Source: Phyllosticta citribraziliensis (taxonomy: Eukaryota). From it: a DNA stretch of 64,000 nt. Below the pieces are notes generated by a model. That model made no database searches. It saw only the letters and a program-made list of their open reading frames with translations, and was not told where the DNA came from. Each line of letters starts with the position of its first letter. Within the stretch, counting starts at the first letter, position 1. Shown here piece by piece: positions 37,856 to 50,919 of the stretch. Location of the stretch: NCBI RefSeq assembly GCF_038025025.1, contig NW_027117340.1, positions 1,488,001-1,552,000 on the forward strand. The letters are read 5' to 3'. Made by a program: the position numbers and the translations under genes.

Positions 37856-39230
37856 CTATGCCGCAACAGTCTCCTCGTAGGTAGGATAGTCAACGTAGCC
37901 CTTCTCAGGAGGATCCGCGCCGTAGAAAGTCGACCTGTCATACTGATTCAACGGAAGCCCGTCGGCCAGTCTCTTTGGCAGATCCGGGTTCGCAATGAAC
38001 CAGCGCCCGAAGACAATCGCGTCGCCATAGCCCTCTTCGACCGGCACGGTGCAGTTTTCCCTGCTGAACCCGCCGGCCGTCAAGAATTTGACACCGCCGT
38101 TGGCCAGAATCTTGGAGAATGGCGCCAGCGAAGGCTTGTACGAAGCCTCCTTTCCGCGGGTGGCTTCCGCCTCGACGCCGTTGCCGTTTGCATTGTAGGC
38201 GGCCAGCGCGTCCATCTTAGCCTGGTGGTCGAGAACCTCGTCGAATCGCGGCTCGACCATGTGAACGTAGGTCAGTCGCTGCGGCAGCTGAATGATGCGT
38301 TGGCATAGATAAGCCCAGTGTGCGTTGGGATCACTGTCGCGTGTGTCCTGGAAGTAATTATAAGGGGACAGGCGGATGCCGACGCGTTCGGAGCCAACTG
38401 CTTCGCACAAGGCCGAGATTACTTCGAGGGGAAAGCGGCAGCGGTTCTCGATTGAGCCGCCGTACTCATCGGTGCGCAGGTTGACATTATCGTGGAGGAA
38501 TTGGTCCAGGAGATAGCCATTGGCGCCTGCGGTCGTGTCAGTTGAGTACGAACAGCCCTTGCAGATTGAAGCTGACCGTGGATTTCAACACCATCGAAGC
38601 CAGCCTCCTCGACTGCCAATTTGGCAGCAAGAGCGTATTTCTTGGTGATGTCGTGGATTTCCTCAACCGTCAACGGCCTCGGGGGCGTTGCCTCAAAGTC
38701 GCTGCCGTCTGCTGCCTTTCCCTTGATGGGAATATCAGAAGAGCTCACAGGCGGTTGGCCGGCGAGGAAAGTGGCGGGAGAGGCACGCCCGGTGTGCCAC
38801 AGCTGGCAGAAGATGTAGCCACCTTTGGCGTGCACAGCATCTGTAACTTGTTTCCATGCAGCCAATTGAGCTGGATCGTACACACCCGGTGCGCCGGGAT
38901 ATCCACAAGACTGGGGGTTGTCAGAGTTGATATTGAGGCGCAACCAATTCGACTCACGCGGTGGTAAATCTCAGTTGCCTCTGCGAGGAGAAGGCCGCCT
39001 TTTGACGCGCGCTGTGCGTAGTATTGCACGTGTAGGTCAGACGGGGCGTAGATTCCGTCGCTCACCTTGCGACCACGGAGACGCGTCAGAGGGGCCAGGA
39101 CAAGGCGGTGTTCAAGCTTAATCTTGCCAAGCTCGAGCGGCGTGAACAGGGCGGAATCTTTGAGAGGAGCAAATTTCGAAGCACCATTGGCGCTGCCGTT
39201 GGTTTTTGAAGAGCCGTTGGTGACTGTCAT
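37856..39230 (-). CDS. hxnT: Old Yellow Enzyme-family NADH:flavin oxidoreductase; HxnT orthologue
   Basis: ATG at 39230, two introns. Motifs [57 protein letters not shown] and STFY. Transcribed divergently from hxnS, as in A. nidulans. Confidence 0.85.
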
Positions 39231-39386
39231 GGTGGGCGATGGATGGGAACGACGCAAACAAGGTGGTGCAGGACGAAAAACAAGGGCGACGCGACGTTGA
39301 AAAATAAGGGCGGCGCCATTCCGACATTTGAAGACGGCCAATGGCAGGCTAACGTGAGCAGCTACACCAAACGCCCCTGGAACGGA

Positions 39387-39414
39387 GGATGGGATGGGAT
39401 GGGATGGGATGGAT
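39387..39414 (+). repeat. (GGGAT)4 pentanucleotide repeat; G-quadruplex-forming motif in the hxnT/hxnS bidirectional promoter
   Basis: ggat gggat gggat gggat gggat ggat gives four GGG tracts with 2-nt loops at 39391-39408. Confidence 0.75.
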
Positions 39415-39657
39415 AGAGTGGGCGAGGAGTGGGAGTCGGATAAGCGCGGTATCCGTAATGGCTCGGCCTTGAATGGCCGGCCGGTGCAACGCGGCTGTCG
39501 CACCGCACATTAGCTGCTGCGGCGTTCAGGGAGGAGTCGTACGCATTGCCACAAGGCCTGGCCTGGCGCCTTTTGTTGCTTCAAAAGAAGTTGGACACCT
39601 TATCGCGTTGCGAGGAAGCGCGTCGTGTTGTTGCAAACGAAGAGACCTGGACGGACC

Positions 39658-42600
39658 ATGTCTCCCTTACCAAAACCACCCCTTGCTGCGACGAGACCCG
39701 CTACCGACGTCTCCGCCGCTGAGGCTCTCACACCTCTCATCCAAACCACCTACACCTCTCCCACTCTCCGCTTCTTCCTCAACGGTAACAGAGTTGAGCT
39801 CGACAATCCCAACCCTCACTGGACTCTTCTCGACTTCATCCGCGACTTCCATGATCTCAAGGGCACAAAGCAAGGTTGCGCAGAGGGAGGCTGCGGTGCC
39901 TGCACCGTTGTCCTCAGCTCGCCAAAAATCTCCAAGAGAACGAAAAAGATAGAGTACCTCGCCGTCAACGCCTGTCTCTTCCCCCTGGTCGGTGTGGACG
40001 GCAAACACATCATCACCATCGAGGGCATCGGAAACGTCCTCAACCCACACCCTTTGCAAGAGCGCATCGCCAAACTCCACGGCTCGCAATGTGGCTTTTG
40101 CACTCCCGGAATCGTCATGTCTCTGTATGCCCTTGTGAGGAATGCGTACAATCCAGAGACCGGCGAGTTCCACCTAAGCGAGCATGAAATCGAGGACGAA
40201 GGCCACCTCGATGGAAACCTCTGCCGCTGTACCGGTTACAAACCCATCCTCCATGCGGCCAAGACGTTCGTCAGGGAGGACCTGAATGGCCGCTTGGCCC
40301 CGAGCACCATCTCTTACTCCAAGGATGATGCTTTCGATCTCACCGAGATTCCGCGGGGCGGCTGTGGATCGTCCTCTTCAGGGTCTTGCGGCAGACCCGG
40401 AGGATGTTGTAGAGACAAAAGTCCTTCGAGTAGTAGCAGTGGTGCTGAAAGCGAAACTGTGAAATCGTCGTCCTCGTCGTTGACTGAACCGGACTCGTCA
40501 TCTGCGACAGCCAGTCTTGGCGATGACCAAGAAGTGGACGCTGGTCTGACAGGCGCAGCCTACGCGAAACCAATGAAGTCCAAAGAGACAAAGGAGGAGG
40601 GAACAAAGCCAGAAAACACCAAAGCACAAACGACCCTAGACGCAGCCCCTGCTGCTACGAAACATGGGGTTCCACATTATATCTTCAAGCCTTACCAACC
40701 CAACACGGAGCTCATCTTTCCGCCGTCTCTTTGGAAGCATTCGAACGCACCCCTCTGTTTCGGCGATGATAGAAGGTTATGGTTCAGGCCAGTCACGCTG
40801 GAGCAACTTGTACAGCTGAAGAATGCGTATCCGTCCGCGAAGCTCGTGGGAGGTGCCAGTGAAGTGCAGGTCGAAGTCAGATTCAAAAACTCCAATTTCG
40901 CTGTGTCTGTCTACGTGTCAGACATTGAAGAACTCAAAGAGACCAAGTTACCCCAAACGGATGCCGAGTGGGATTCCCTAACTGAACTGTACTTGGGCGC
41001 GAACGCTCCTTTGTCTGAACTTGAACATGTGTGCAAAGTCGTACACAGCAAGCTCGGCCAAAGTGCCTTGGGTCTAAAAGCCTTGAGAAAGCAGCTTCGG
41101 TACTTTGCCGGCCGCCAAATTCGCAATGTTGCGTCTCTGGCTGGTAACGTTGCTACTGCCTCTCCTATTTCTGATGGCAACCCAGTTCTTCTAGCCGCCC
41201 GCGCGGACATCATCGTCCAAACACAAGAACAAGGCTCAGTCACTCTTCCCATTTCCAAATTCTTTGTCGGATACAGGACGACTACGCTGCCACCTGATGG
41301 AGTCATCACGCACATACGCATTCCCCTTCCTCCGGCAAACGCCAAAGAGATTACTAAAGCCTACAAGCAGGCCAAGAGAAAGGACGACGACATTGCAATC
41401 GTTACTGCTGGATTCCGCGTCCGCCTTGACGAAAGCGGCAATGTAGAAGACGTCTGCTTAGCCTATGGCGGAATGGCACCCACGACTGTGGAGGCCAAGA
41501 AGACGCAGGAGGCGTTGCTCGGGAAGAAGTGGTTTGAGTCAACGACCCTCGAAGCTGGACTAGATGCGTTGGTGACCGATTTCAATCTCAGTTACACTGT
41601 CCCAGGAGGCATGGCGCATTACAGACGAGCTTTGGCGCTTTCCTTCTTTTTCCGTTTCTGGCACGAAGTCGTCGCAGAACTTGGAATTGGCTCGGTCGAC
41701 AAGGACATCATCGAGGAGATCCACCGTGAGCTTTCCACCGGCGCCAGGGACGACTATAACCCGCTGGAGCAGCGAGTCGTTGGAAAACAGGTACCGCACC
41801 TGTCCGCTCTGAAACAGTGCACTGGAGAGGCAGAGTACCTGGATGATATCCCCCGTCAAGACAGAGAACTTTTCGGCTCGTTGGTACTCTCTGCGAAAGC
41901 CCACGCAAAGATTGCCGACATAGATTGGACGCCGGCCTTGTCCATGCCTGGTGTAGTCGGTTATATCGACAAAAAGAGCATATCGGCAGAGGCTAACATG
42001 TGGGGATCCAAATACAAAGATGAGCCATTCTTTGCTGACGGCGAAGTCCTGGCGCATGGCCAAGTTGTTGGCATGGTTTACGCAGATACGGCTTTGCATG
42101 CCTCTGCCGCGGCCAAAGCAGTCAAGATTGTCTACGATGATCTCCCAGTCATTTTGACCATCGACGAGGCAATCGAGGCCGGCAGTATGTACGAGCACGA
42201 CAACCAGCTCCGGAAAGGAGCTGCCGTCGCCGGCAAGATGGACGAGGCCTTTGCAAAGTGCGACCGCATCTTCACTGGCGTCACACGGGTTGGCGGCCAG
42301 GACCACTTTTACCTCGAAACCAATGCTGCTCTGGCGATTCCATCAAAAGAGGACGGATCGATGGAGGTCTGGTCGTCGACACAGAATACCATGGAAACTC
42401 AAGAATTTGTCAGCCAAGTACTTGGAGTCCCCAGCAACCGCATGAACGCACGCGTCAAGCGGATGGTAAGTACTCCCCCCTGCTCGGAGGCAGCACCAAG
42501 GAGCATTCGCGCGCGGCGCCCTCCCCCCCTCTTTTTCTTTCTTTTTCTTTCTTTTTAGAGGCACATTGGAGCTAATACGATCTATAGGGTGGGGCTTTCG

Positions 42601-44379
42601 GAGGCAAGGAGAGTCGAAGTGTGCCATTTGCTTGTTATTGTGCCATTGCCGCCAAAAAGGAGGGTCGGCCAATCCGTGTGATGCTCAACCGCGATGAAGA
42701 CATGGCAACTTCAGGGCAACGCCATCCAGTGCAGGCGCGCTGGAAAATCGGAACGACGCACGAAGGACGGCTACTCGTCATGGACGCAGACCTCTACGCC
42801 AACTCAGGCTTCTCGCAAGACCTGTCGGGCGGCGTCATGGACCGGTGCTGCACGCACCTGGACAACTGTTACAACGTGCCAGACGTGTGGATCCGCGGGC
42901 GCCTCTGCAAGACGAATATCCATAGCAACACGGCTTTCCGCGGCTTCGGCGGGCCGCAGGCAATGTTCATCGCCGAGCAGATGATGCATGCCGTGGCCGA
43001 GGGACTTGGCCTGGATGTCGATGAGCTGCGTTTGCGTAACCTGTACAACATTGGGGACCGCACGCCGTTCCACCAGCTCATTGACGACGACTGGCATGTG
43101 CCAACGATGCTGAAGCAGCTCAAGCAGTCGAGCGACTACGAGCAGCGCAAGGCCAACGTCGTGGCCTTCAACGCCTCCCACCGCTGGCGCAAGCGCGGCA
43201 TCTCTCTCGTGCCCTGCAAGTTTGGTCTTTCGTTTGCGACTGCGATCCATCTGAACCAGGCCGGCGCATCAGTCAAGGTGTACGCTGACGGTAGTGTGCT
43301 GCTACATCACGGGGGCACTGAGATGGGCCAGGGGCTCTACACCAAAATGTGCCAAATTGCCGCGCAAGAGCTTGGAGTCCCTCTCGACGCCGTCTACACG
43401 CAAGACTCGCAGAGCTACCAGACGGCCAATGCCAGCCCCACGGCTGCCAGCAGCGGCAGCGACCTCAACGGAATGGCCGTCAAGGACGCCTGCGACCAGC
43501 TCAAGCAGCGGCTCCAGCCGTATTGGGACAAGTTTGGACGCGACGCTGCATTCAAGACCATTGCACACGCGGCCTATCTCGATCGCGTCAACTTGGCGGC
43601 TAATGGCTTTTGGAAGATGCCTCGCATTGGATACATTTGGGGCACGTATGATGCGGAGAAGGCCAAGCCAATGTATTACTATTGGACGCAGGTACGTGTA
43701 GTTCACGAGGAGTCGAGAAGCTTGTATGCTGCTTGACTGCATTCGCTTCGGGCGAAGGAATGCTCCCTCGTCCCCTGCTTTTGCTCTTTCCCCTGACCCT
43801 GACCGCAACGCTAATACGCACTAGGGCGTGGCCTGCTCCGAAGTCGAGCTGGACCTCCTGACGGGCGCGCACACGGTACTGCGCAGCGACATTTTGATGG
43901 ATGTCGGCCAGTCGATTAATCCAGCCATTGACTACGGACAAATCGAGGGCGCCTTCATCCAGGGCATGGGCCTCTTCACGACCGAGCAGTCGCTCTGGAC
44001 AACGCGCGACGGCGCCCTCGCCACCGCGGGCCCAGGCACCTACAAGATCCCGGGCTTTGCAGACATTCCGCAAGTTTTCAACGCGGGCATGCTGCGCGTT
44101 GACGAGAACGGCGAAGCACTCACGTGGAACAACTTGCGCAGCGTACAGAGCAGCAAGGGTATTGGCGAACCGCCACTGTTCTTGGGCGCAACCGTCTTCT
44201 TTGCGCTGAGAGAGGCCGTGAGGGCTGCGCGGATAGAGAGAGGCGTCACTGAGCCGCTCGTGCTGCATGGACCGGCGACGGCAGAGCGATTGCGTTTGGC
44301 AGTCGGCGATGACATTGTCAAACGGTCCGCAGTGGAGAGGAAAGATGGCGAAAGGGCATTTTTTGTGGAGGTGGCGTAG
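39658..44379 (+). CDS. hxnS: Xanthine dehydrogenase paralogue: nicotinate hydroxylase / purine hydroxylase II (Mo-cofactor, FAD, 2x[2Fe-2S])
   Basis: ATG at 39658; introns 42466-42587 and 43692-43824. Motifs GCAEGGCGAC, QCGFCTPG, NLCRCTGY, GGAFGGKESR, TAFRGFGGPQ, GTEMGQG and KGIGEPP. Carries FATAIHLNQA, the HxnS-type motif, rather than the HxA-type FTALFLNQA. Confidence 0.9.
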
Positions 44380-46084
44380 TTTGACCAACGTGTAAGTTTT
44401 CATTCGTGGCGAGCGTGGGCATTGGCTGTGTTGTGGTTTGCCATTTTGACAAGGAAAGGCGTGGGTGCTCCTAGACTGATCGGCACCGGGTTACGCTGTG
44501 AAGAATGCAACTCTTGTTTTTCAGCCTGCTGCATGGCTGCATGGGACACCTCGCTTGTCGGCCGTGACGGATTCGGCAGACGACGGCGATAGGTCTCGAG
44601 ACGCGGTTGGTGATGGGGACAAACAGACTCGCGCCTCAAAGTCGATATCACAGCCGTCTCATCACACAACGGTCGCTTATCGAGAGGAGTCACAGCGATG
44701 TGGGCTCGCTGCGGTGCTGGGACAAAGAGTTGAGTTTATCGACGGGGGGCGTGGGCCGCTCCGTGGCCGTCGTGTCCCGCGGATCATCCATCTGATATGG
44801 GTCCGTCCGTGTTCGTTTTGCGAGGGACTTGGGCCATCCGGTCGATGATTGACGGGCGACGGGCTATCAGATTCTGGATCCAGCAAACAATGGTCCATCC
44901 AGGTCCTTGTGCAGTAGTGTGTACCTAGCTGTCGGAGATGAGCTTGTTCGCGGTCCGTGTCGGGTCGATTGCTGCGCCGTAGCGATGAATGGCGATTGTG
45001 TTGATTACGAATGGCCACAGGGCGTTGGATCGATGTTTAGGTTCAGTCCGCAACGCCATCTGCATGGCCGTGTTGGTGGTCATGACTGGCGGGTGGTGCA
45101 TGAGGTGTTTGCGACGGGAGAAGGCGACGCTGGGAGAGGTCGAGCAGTAGGACGTGTTGTTGCATGAATGCTCCGTCGTCGAGGTGAGATGGATGGCGGC
45201 AGAGGGTGGGCCCATGACGCTTTTTCCAGTACGTACAAGATACGGAGGTCGGGGATCGGGGTGATTGGTCGACAGGCGACGCCCAAAGCGGCAGCTCCGC
45301 CAGGCCACTGCGACCCCGCCCCAGCCGACAGCCTTCGGATATCAAACCCAACCCAACCCTCCACCTCGTCCTAACCTTCTCGGCGAATTTGGCCAAATGC
45401 CGTGCCACCAACGCGCTAAAGACGCCGTTATCCATCCTATCGCCGCCTGTCATCTCGCATCCACCTGCTGCCCGCCAGAGCAATCGGAGTCGTCCGTCGC
45501 CTGACCGCCCGCGCCCTCGACCCTCTCCAACTTGCTTTTCTGAATCCAGCAGCTTATTCCCGTCTCGCGCTTCCCTCGACCCGTTCCCGGCCAAGCACGA
45601 GGTGAGGTGGTGGACGTGGACTTCGTCACCCAGCAGCAGCTCTTCATGTATGCCTGTCGTCTCCACTCTTGATTGAGCCCGTGGCAGAGCGACAGGCCGC
45701 GCAGCCCACGCCCAAGACCAGCACGGCCGTCGGATCGTCGACGCCGAAGCCGAAACGCGCTCGTCGGCCGCGCGCCATGGCCAGATGCGAACACCACGGC
45801 CATCCCTGTGCCATGAATGGCGACATGCCGCTCTTCCAAGAGGGGTTGCGGAGAACAGGTGCAACCGTGCGTGCCTGACCTGGGGCCCTGCGGCTCCCTC
45901 TGGACAGGGTCTACCAGCACAATTTATGGCCGACGTCGCATCACCCCGATAAGACCAGTCAACCCCAAGTATCCACTGCTGTCCTGCTGCGCTGCTCTTG
46001 AACCTACATCGCCTCTCCTCTGTGAACTGTCTCTCCAAGCCATTGAATCGCTCGTCTGCCGACATCGCCCTCCCCCACCTCGTC

Positions 46085-49000
46085 ATGCGCAGAGCCTCGT
46101 CCGCCACCGGGTCCACGGACTCGCAGAGATCCCACTCCCGCAAAAAGAGCCTCTCTGGAGACTCCGCAGTCAAGAAGTTCGCCTGTGGTTACTCGGGCTG
46201 CGGCAGGAGCTTCACGCGATCGGAGCACCTCCAGAGACACTTGCTCAACCACACCGAAGGAGAAAGCACTTGTGAACGATGCCGTGCTCACTTCAAGCGC
46301 AAGGACCTGCTTGGTAAGCTCTTTTTGACTCGTGGCCAACAATGAATAGAATCAATTCGTGTAACGACATCCCATTCTCACACGTGGGAGCCCACGCTGC
46401 TTATATGTACACTTTTCAACCTTTTACTTTTTACATTTTGTCACCGGCTGTCAAGAATGGAGTGCATTGTTATTTCCGTCGTTAAGGCTGTCAACATGGA
46501 CCAATACACATCCCACTTTTTCAAGTTGCACCAAGCCTCTGGGACGCGTTCCACTAACATGGATCCAAGAACGGCACATGCAACGTCACCGCCAAAAGGA
46601 CGAAGAAGCTGGTGGCGAAGGTCATGGCGTCCTCAACACCAGGAAGCGCATGTGGAAGGACGTGGACGGCAAGATTGTTACAAAGCGTCCCAACCTCGGC
46701 AGCGGTTCTCAACAAGGCTCTCCCAGAGAGATCCAGCACGAGTCGCCTGCGCCAGCTGCGTCCATTGAAGACGACGCGCGAGACTTTGGCACTGAAATTC
46801 CGATCTCGCCTCCTATTTCCAGCAACAACTCGAACTCCTCCGAAACCTACGAGAGGAGAGCATCACACGCCACGACTGCTACAGAGCTGGCCAGCGATGA
46901 CTGGGTCTTTCCCCCGCTGGCTCTGAGTCCTGGTCACGAATCATCAGAGTTGTACCAAGACCCGGAGACGCTGCCCCAGGAGACGGAGCGGTTCTGGGGC
47001 TCAAACGAGGGGCTTTCGTCGTCTACTGCGATAAGCAAAACATTCGACGACGTACCCTACGACGATATTTTCAACCCTGACACTGGTATGTTTTGAACAA
47101 TTCCAGCAGCGGACATGCGCGCTAACTCCTCGACAGCAAGCTCCTTCAACATGCCCTTTACCACCATGAGCAACTACAACTGGCTGTTTGACTTGGATCT
47201 TGCCACGCAGCAGTCGTTGTCGACATCTCCAGACTTGTTTGCCCCAACGCACGTACACCAAGCTCCTGAAAGTCAAGCGTCCACTCATACCTTGGAAATA
47301 GGATTAAACAGGAGGCATACGCCAGCTGTCAGTGATCTTGCAACATCAACGAACGGAAGAGCCATGAATGCAACGAACCAGTCCCATTACGCCATGATAC
47401 CCGAGCTGAGCATGGAAACCGGCATTTCACTGCCTCCGCTAGCCCCGCAACGAACCATCGCAGATACCAGTCCACCACTTTCCAGCGTGACTAGGAGCTC
47501 AGTCGCCAACGGCAGCGAGTCCTTGAGAGCCAACGAAGCCAGAGGCTCACGCAAATCGCTCGCCCCGACCCAGGGCACCCCCGACATGGACTTTGAGCGG
47601 CCAATGTCGACCCTCAATCGATCTGCAATGTTACCAGTAATAGATGAAGCTACGAAAAATAAAATTGTCGATCTGATTGATGCTGCCAAACCCGTCACCC
47701 CGGATGGGTTCTACATTTCGAGGAGCCACCCTCTCCTCACGCTTCCCTCTCTACAGACGTATAGCAACATGTACTTTACCCGCTTCAACACTGCGTATCC
47801 GCTCATCCACCAGCCTACCTTTGATCCTGCCAGTGTCGAGCCTCTGTTGCTTGTGTCTGTCCTACTCATCGGGGCCACATATTGCGAGAAGGACGCGCAT
47901 CAAATGGCCGTAAGAGGGAAGCCCATATTGTGAGTTTTACGCTAATGCGGTCAGGTATGCATTCACGATGTACTACGGCCTCACATTTTTGCTCATCCCG
48001 GCTTCAACGCTAAGCCAGATCTTTGGGCCTTGCAGACCATTCTTTTGGTGGAATGCTTCGGCAAGAGCCGCGCGGGCCAAAAGCAGCACGACATGGCTCA
48101 TCTTTTCCACGGACTTTTGATCAACCTGATTCGACGGAGTGACTGCCAAACTGTCGGTTCGTCAATTCCTGATCCTTCTTCGAACAGTCTGGACTCGGTT
48201 TGGAAACACTGGGTGATTGCCGAACAAAAGAAGCGGTTAGTACCTAGTAGACATGAAAATAATTTGAGGCCTTTTGCTGACTGTAGGCAGGCTCGCTTAT
48301 TTGTGTTTCATGTGGGACGTCCAGCACGCAGTGCTTTTCTGCCAGTCCCTTTGCATGTCAGCGTTCGAATTGCGGTCGACATTACCGTGCCACCAACAGC
48401 TTTGGGAAGCAGATTCGCCAGACACGTGGTACAGACTTTGGAAGAAGCACTCTCGTTCTCCTCTGTTCTTGAGCACGCTGAAGACGTATTTGGTCACGCC
48501 CAAAGCAGTATCATCGCCAAAACATCTGAATGCGCTGTCAAGAGTGCTGATATTGCATGGACTGATGTCTATTAGCTGGGATATGAAGAGGAGGGATCAG
48601 ACTTCGCTTGGTGAGTCGGGTTGATCGAAATCCTCCTGGAAAATCTAACAGGCACACTAGGACTGGTCAGCAATATCCCACTTGGAGACTGGAAGGCTCG
48701 AATTTCAGCGTCCTACGAAGCTTGGCTGTCCGACTTTGAGGCTTACTGCGCGTCGTACATTTCGCGCTACTGTCCAGACCACCAAACCACGGCTCCGTCG
48801 TCCATCCAGCAAAGTCTCCTAAACGAGTTTCGTCTCTTCGCCACCGCTAACACCGCCATCTACCACGCCGCTCAGTTCCATCTCAACGCGGAGTTTCTCG
48901 ATATCCAAATTTACGCCGGCGCTCGACACATTCTTGGCCGTCCCGTGCAGCGCGCAGACTTTGTTCGGTCTCAGCGCGTCGTCAAGAAGTGGGCAGCGGG

Positions 49001-50078
49001 GGCCGCGGACTACGCCAATCCGTCGACCAGTAGGAATGCAGGAGCCATAAATTCTGGCAAGACGGCCAACATGAGCAGTAACGCTGCAAAAGCTGCCTGG
49101 CACTCTGCGGCCCTCATCCGAGATGGGGCGACGCGTCTGCGCGATTGGGACACTGGTGGCTTGTTCCACTACCCTTGGTGCTTGTATCTTGCCTGTCTAT
49201 GCATCTGGGCTTACTGGCATGCAAAGCCGCGGGACGAGATACAACCGACTTCGTCTTCCAATAGACGCGACTCGCTCCACGCATCTGCCAGCGGGGCGTG
49301 GGAAAAAGACACTACGACAAGACGTTTGCGCCAGCGCTCTCCCTCTCAATGCCAGCCAGTCGACCCGGACACCGAGTCCCTCGATGGGCACGGCCAAGAT
49401 TCAGACGAGGAGCCAGACGACGACGACATTGATGACGATGCGCCCATCTGGAACCCGGCGTCGGAAATGCACGCTTTGCTGAGAGCCATGATTGCTCGGC
49501 CGCCTCCTCCCTCGTGTCCATCCAGGCCAACTGCCAGCAACACCAACAACAGTACCAACACGACTGCACCGGCGACCTCTTCTTCGGCTTCGCAGACCCA
49601 GGAGCTCCCACTGTCGCTTCCGCGCATCAAAAACATCAAGCGCAAAACCGCCGGCTTGACGGCCGTCGTCGCTCACGCTCTGAGCCGCGTCCGCTGGGCC
49701 GTCGTCCACGACGGCATGATGGTGCTGCGCGGCTTGGTGCCTGGTCGCGTCGTCGGTGGGTTGGGCGGCAGCGGGTTGGGAATGGGGCTGGGAGCGTCGC
49801 CTGCAGCTGCTGCTGTCACCGCGACGGGCGGCGGTGCTGCGATGAGTGGAGGATTCAGTGGTGGTGGTGGTTCTGGTCATTCTGCCGCTGGTGGCGAAGC
49901 CGCTGTCTCTGCTGCGGCCATGGGCTTGGCTGGATTGGGCGCTGGCCACGCTGGCGGGAACGGTGGTGCTGTGTTTGGTGCCGATGCTGCGGATGCTGGA
50001 GGGGTTTTGGGACTCGGTGTCAGTGTCGGAATGGATATGGATATGGGTCTGGGCGGTATGGATATTGGCGGTGTTTGA
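46085..50078 (+). CDS. hxnR: C2H2 zinc-finger plus fungal-specific transcription-factor domain; HxnR-like pathway regulator
   Basis: Two C2H2 fingers, CGYSGC...HLLNH and CERC...ERHMQRH. Introns 46314-46569, 47086-47136, 47910-47954, 48236-48290 and 48611-48660. Motifs NPDTASSFNMPFTTMSNYNWLFD, YFTRFNTAYPLIHQPTF, FGKSRAGQKQHDMAHLFHGLLINLIRRSDC and VRWAVVHD. Confidence 0.85.
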
Positions 50079-50516
50079 TTTGTCGGTTGTTCCTTGTTGA
50101 TACGTGCTTCACTTATTTTGGGATTCGACGACGATGAGTACGGCAAATACGTGTTGAGGATCTATGAGAGCTTGATCATATGACTGATTGACATTCACCA
50201 CCTCGATTTTGTGTCTTGTGAGACCCTAGAAAAGCGACTTAAGTGGAAACATCATCGAATAGGCGGGGAAAACGATCGATGGATGGATATGTACGTGACA
50301 AGACTTTTCCTGTGTGTTCCAAAGGCTACGTGATACAGCGTGGTGAAATCCACGATTTTTTGCGCATACTTTCCCCTCTCTCCCTTCAAGGGGGTTGAGG
50401 TTGAAGTTTGAATGCTCCCTGTTACTTCCCTCAAGATGCACAGATGCCATGGAATACCCCAGTGCAGTGGGCGTCGAAAGAAGGGAGACCTCCTGGCAAC
50501 ATGAGCACATCTAGGG

Positions 50517-50618
50517 AGCATTCATTCGCTGCTGTAGCTACGGTGAAGAAGCATTCATTCACCACTATCACTGCGCTTAGGAAGCAGTCGTTCATTGCCG
50601 CAGCCCGGCCCAAGAAGT
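50517..50618 (+). repeat. Degenerate 33-bp tandem repeat (~3 copies)
   Basis: Units begin at 50517 (agcattcattc), 50550 (agcattcattc) and 50583 (agcagtcgttc), with a partial unit at 50616. The period is exactly 33. Confidence 0.6.
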
Positions 50619-50919
50619 CTCATTTATTTTGACACCCACTTGAAGCTCATGAAAACTTACTTCCTATCCAAGAGGGTCTCTGCATTGTATGTGCTTGCCA
50701 AGTCTAGTCGACGAGGCTTTTTTAGAAGAAGCTACCTATTGGCTCCCTTGCCATGCCCATGCCCATGCCCATCCATGCCTGTTTGTTTCCTTTTTGGTCC
50801 CGTAACCCCTTCAGCTACTTCTATCCAACCAGCAAAGTTTTGAGTCCGTCCGTCCGTCTTGTCGTGTTGTACCCCATCATCCATAGTTCATCCTGCAGAG
50901 TGCCAGAGTACTGCTCGCA

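Noticed and set aside
39658..44379. Ordinary xanthine dehydrogenase (hxA)
   Set aside because: The FATAIH motif, the divergent OYE neighbour and the adjacent hxnR-like regulator point to hxnS.
45043..46173. 376-aa minus-strand ORF between hxnS and hxnR
   Set aside because: It is Arg/Gly-rich with no recognisable motif, has a non-ATG start and overlaps hxnR exon 1 antisense. Likely a GC-content artefact.
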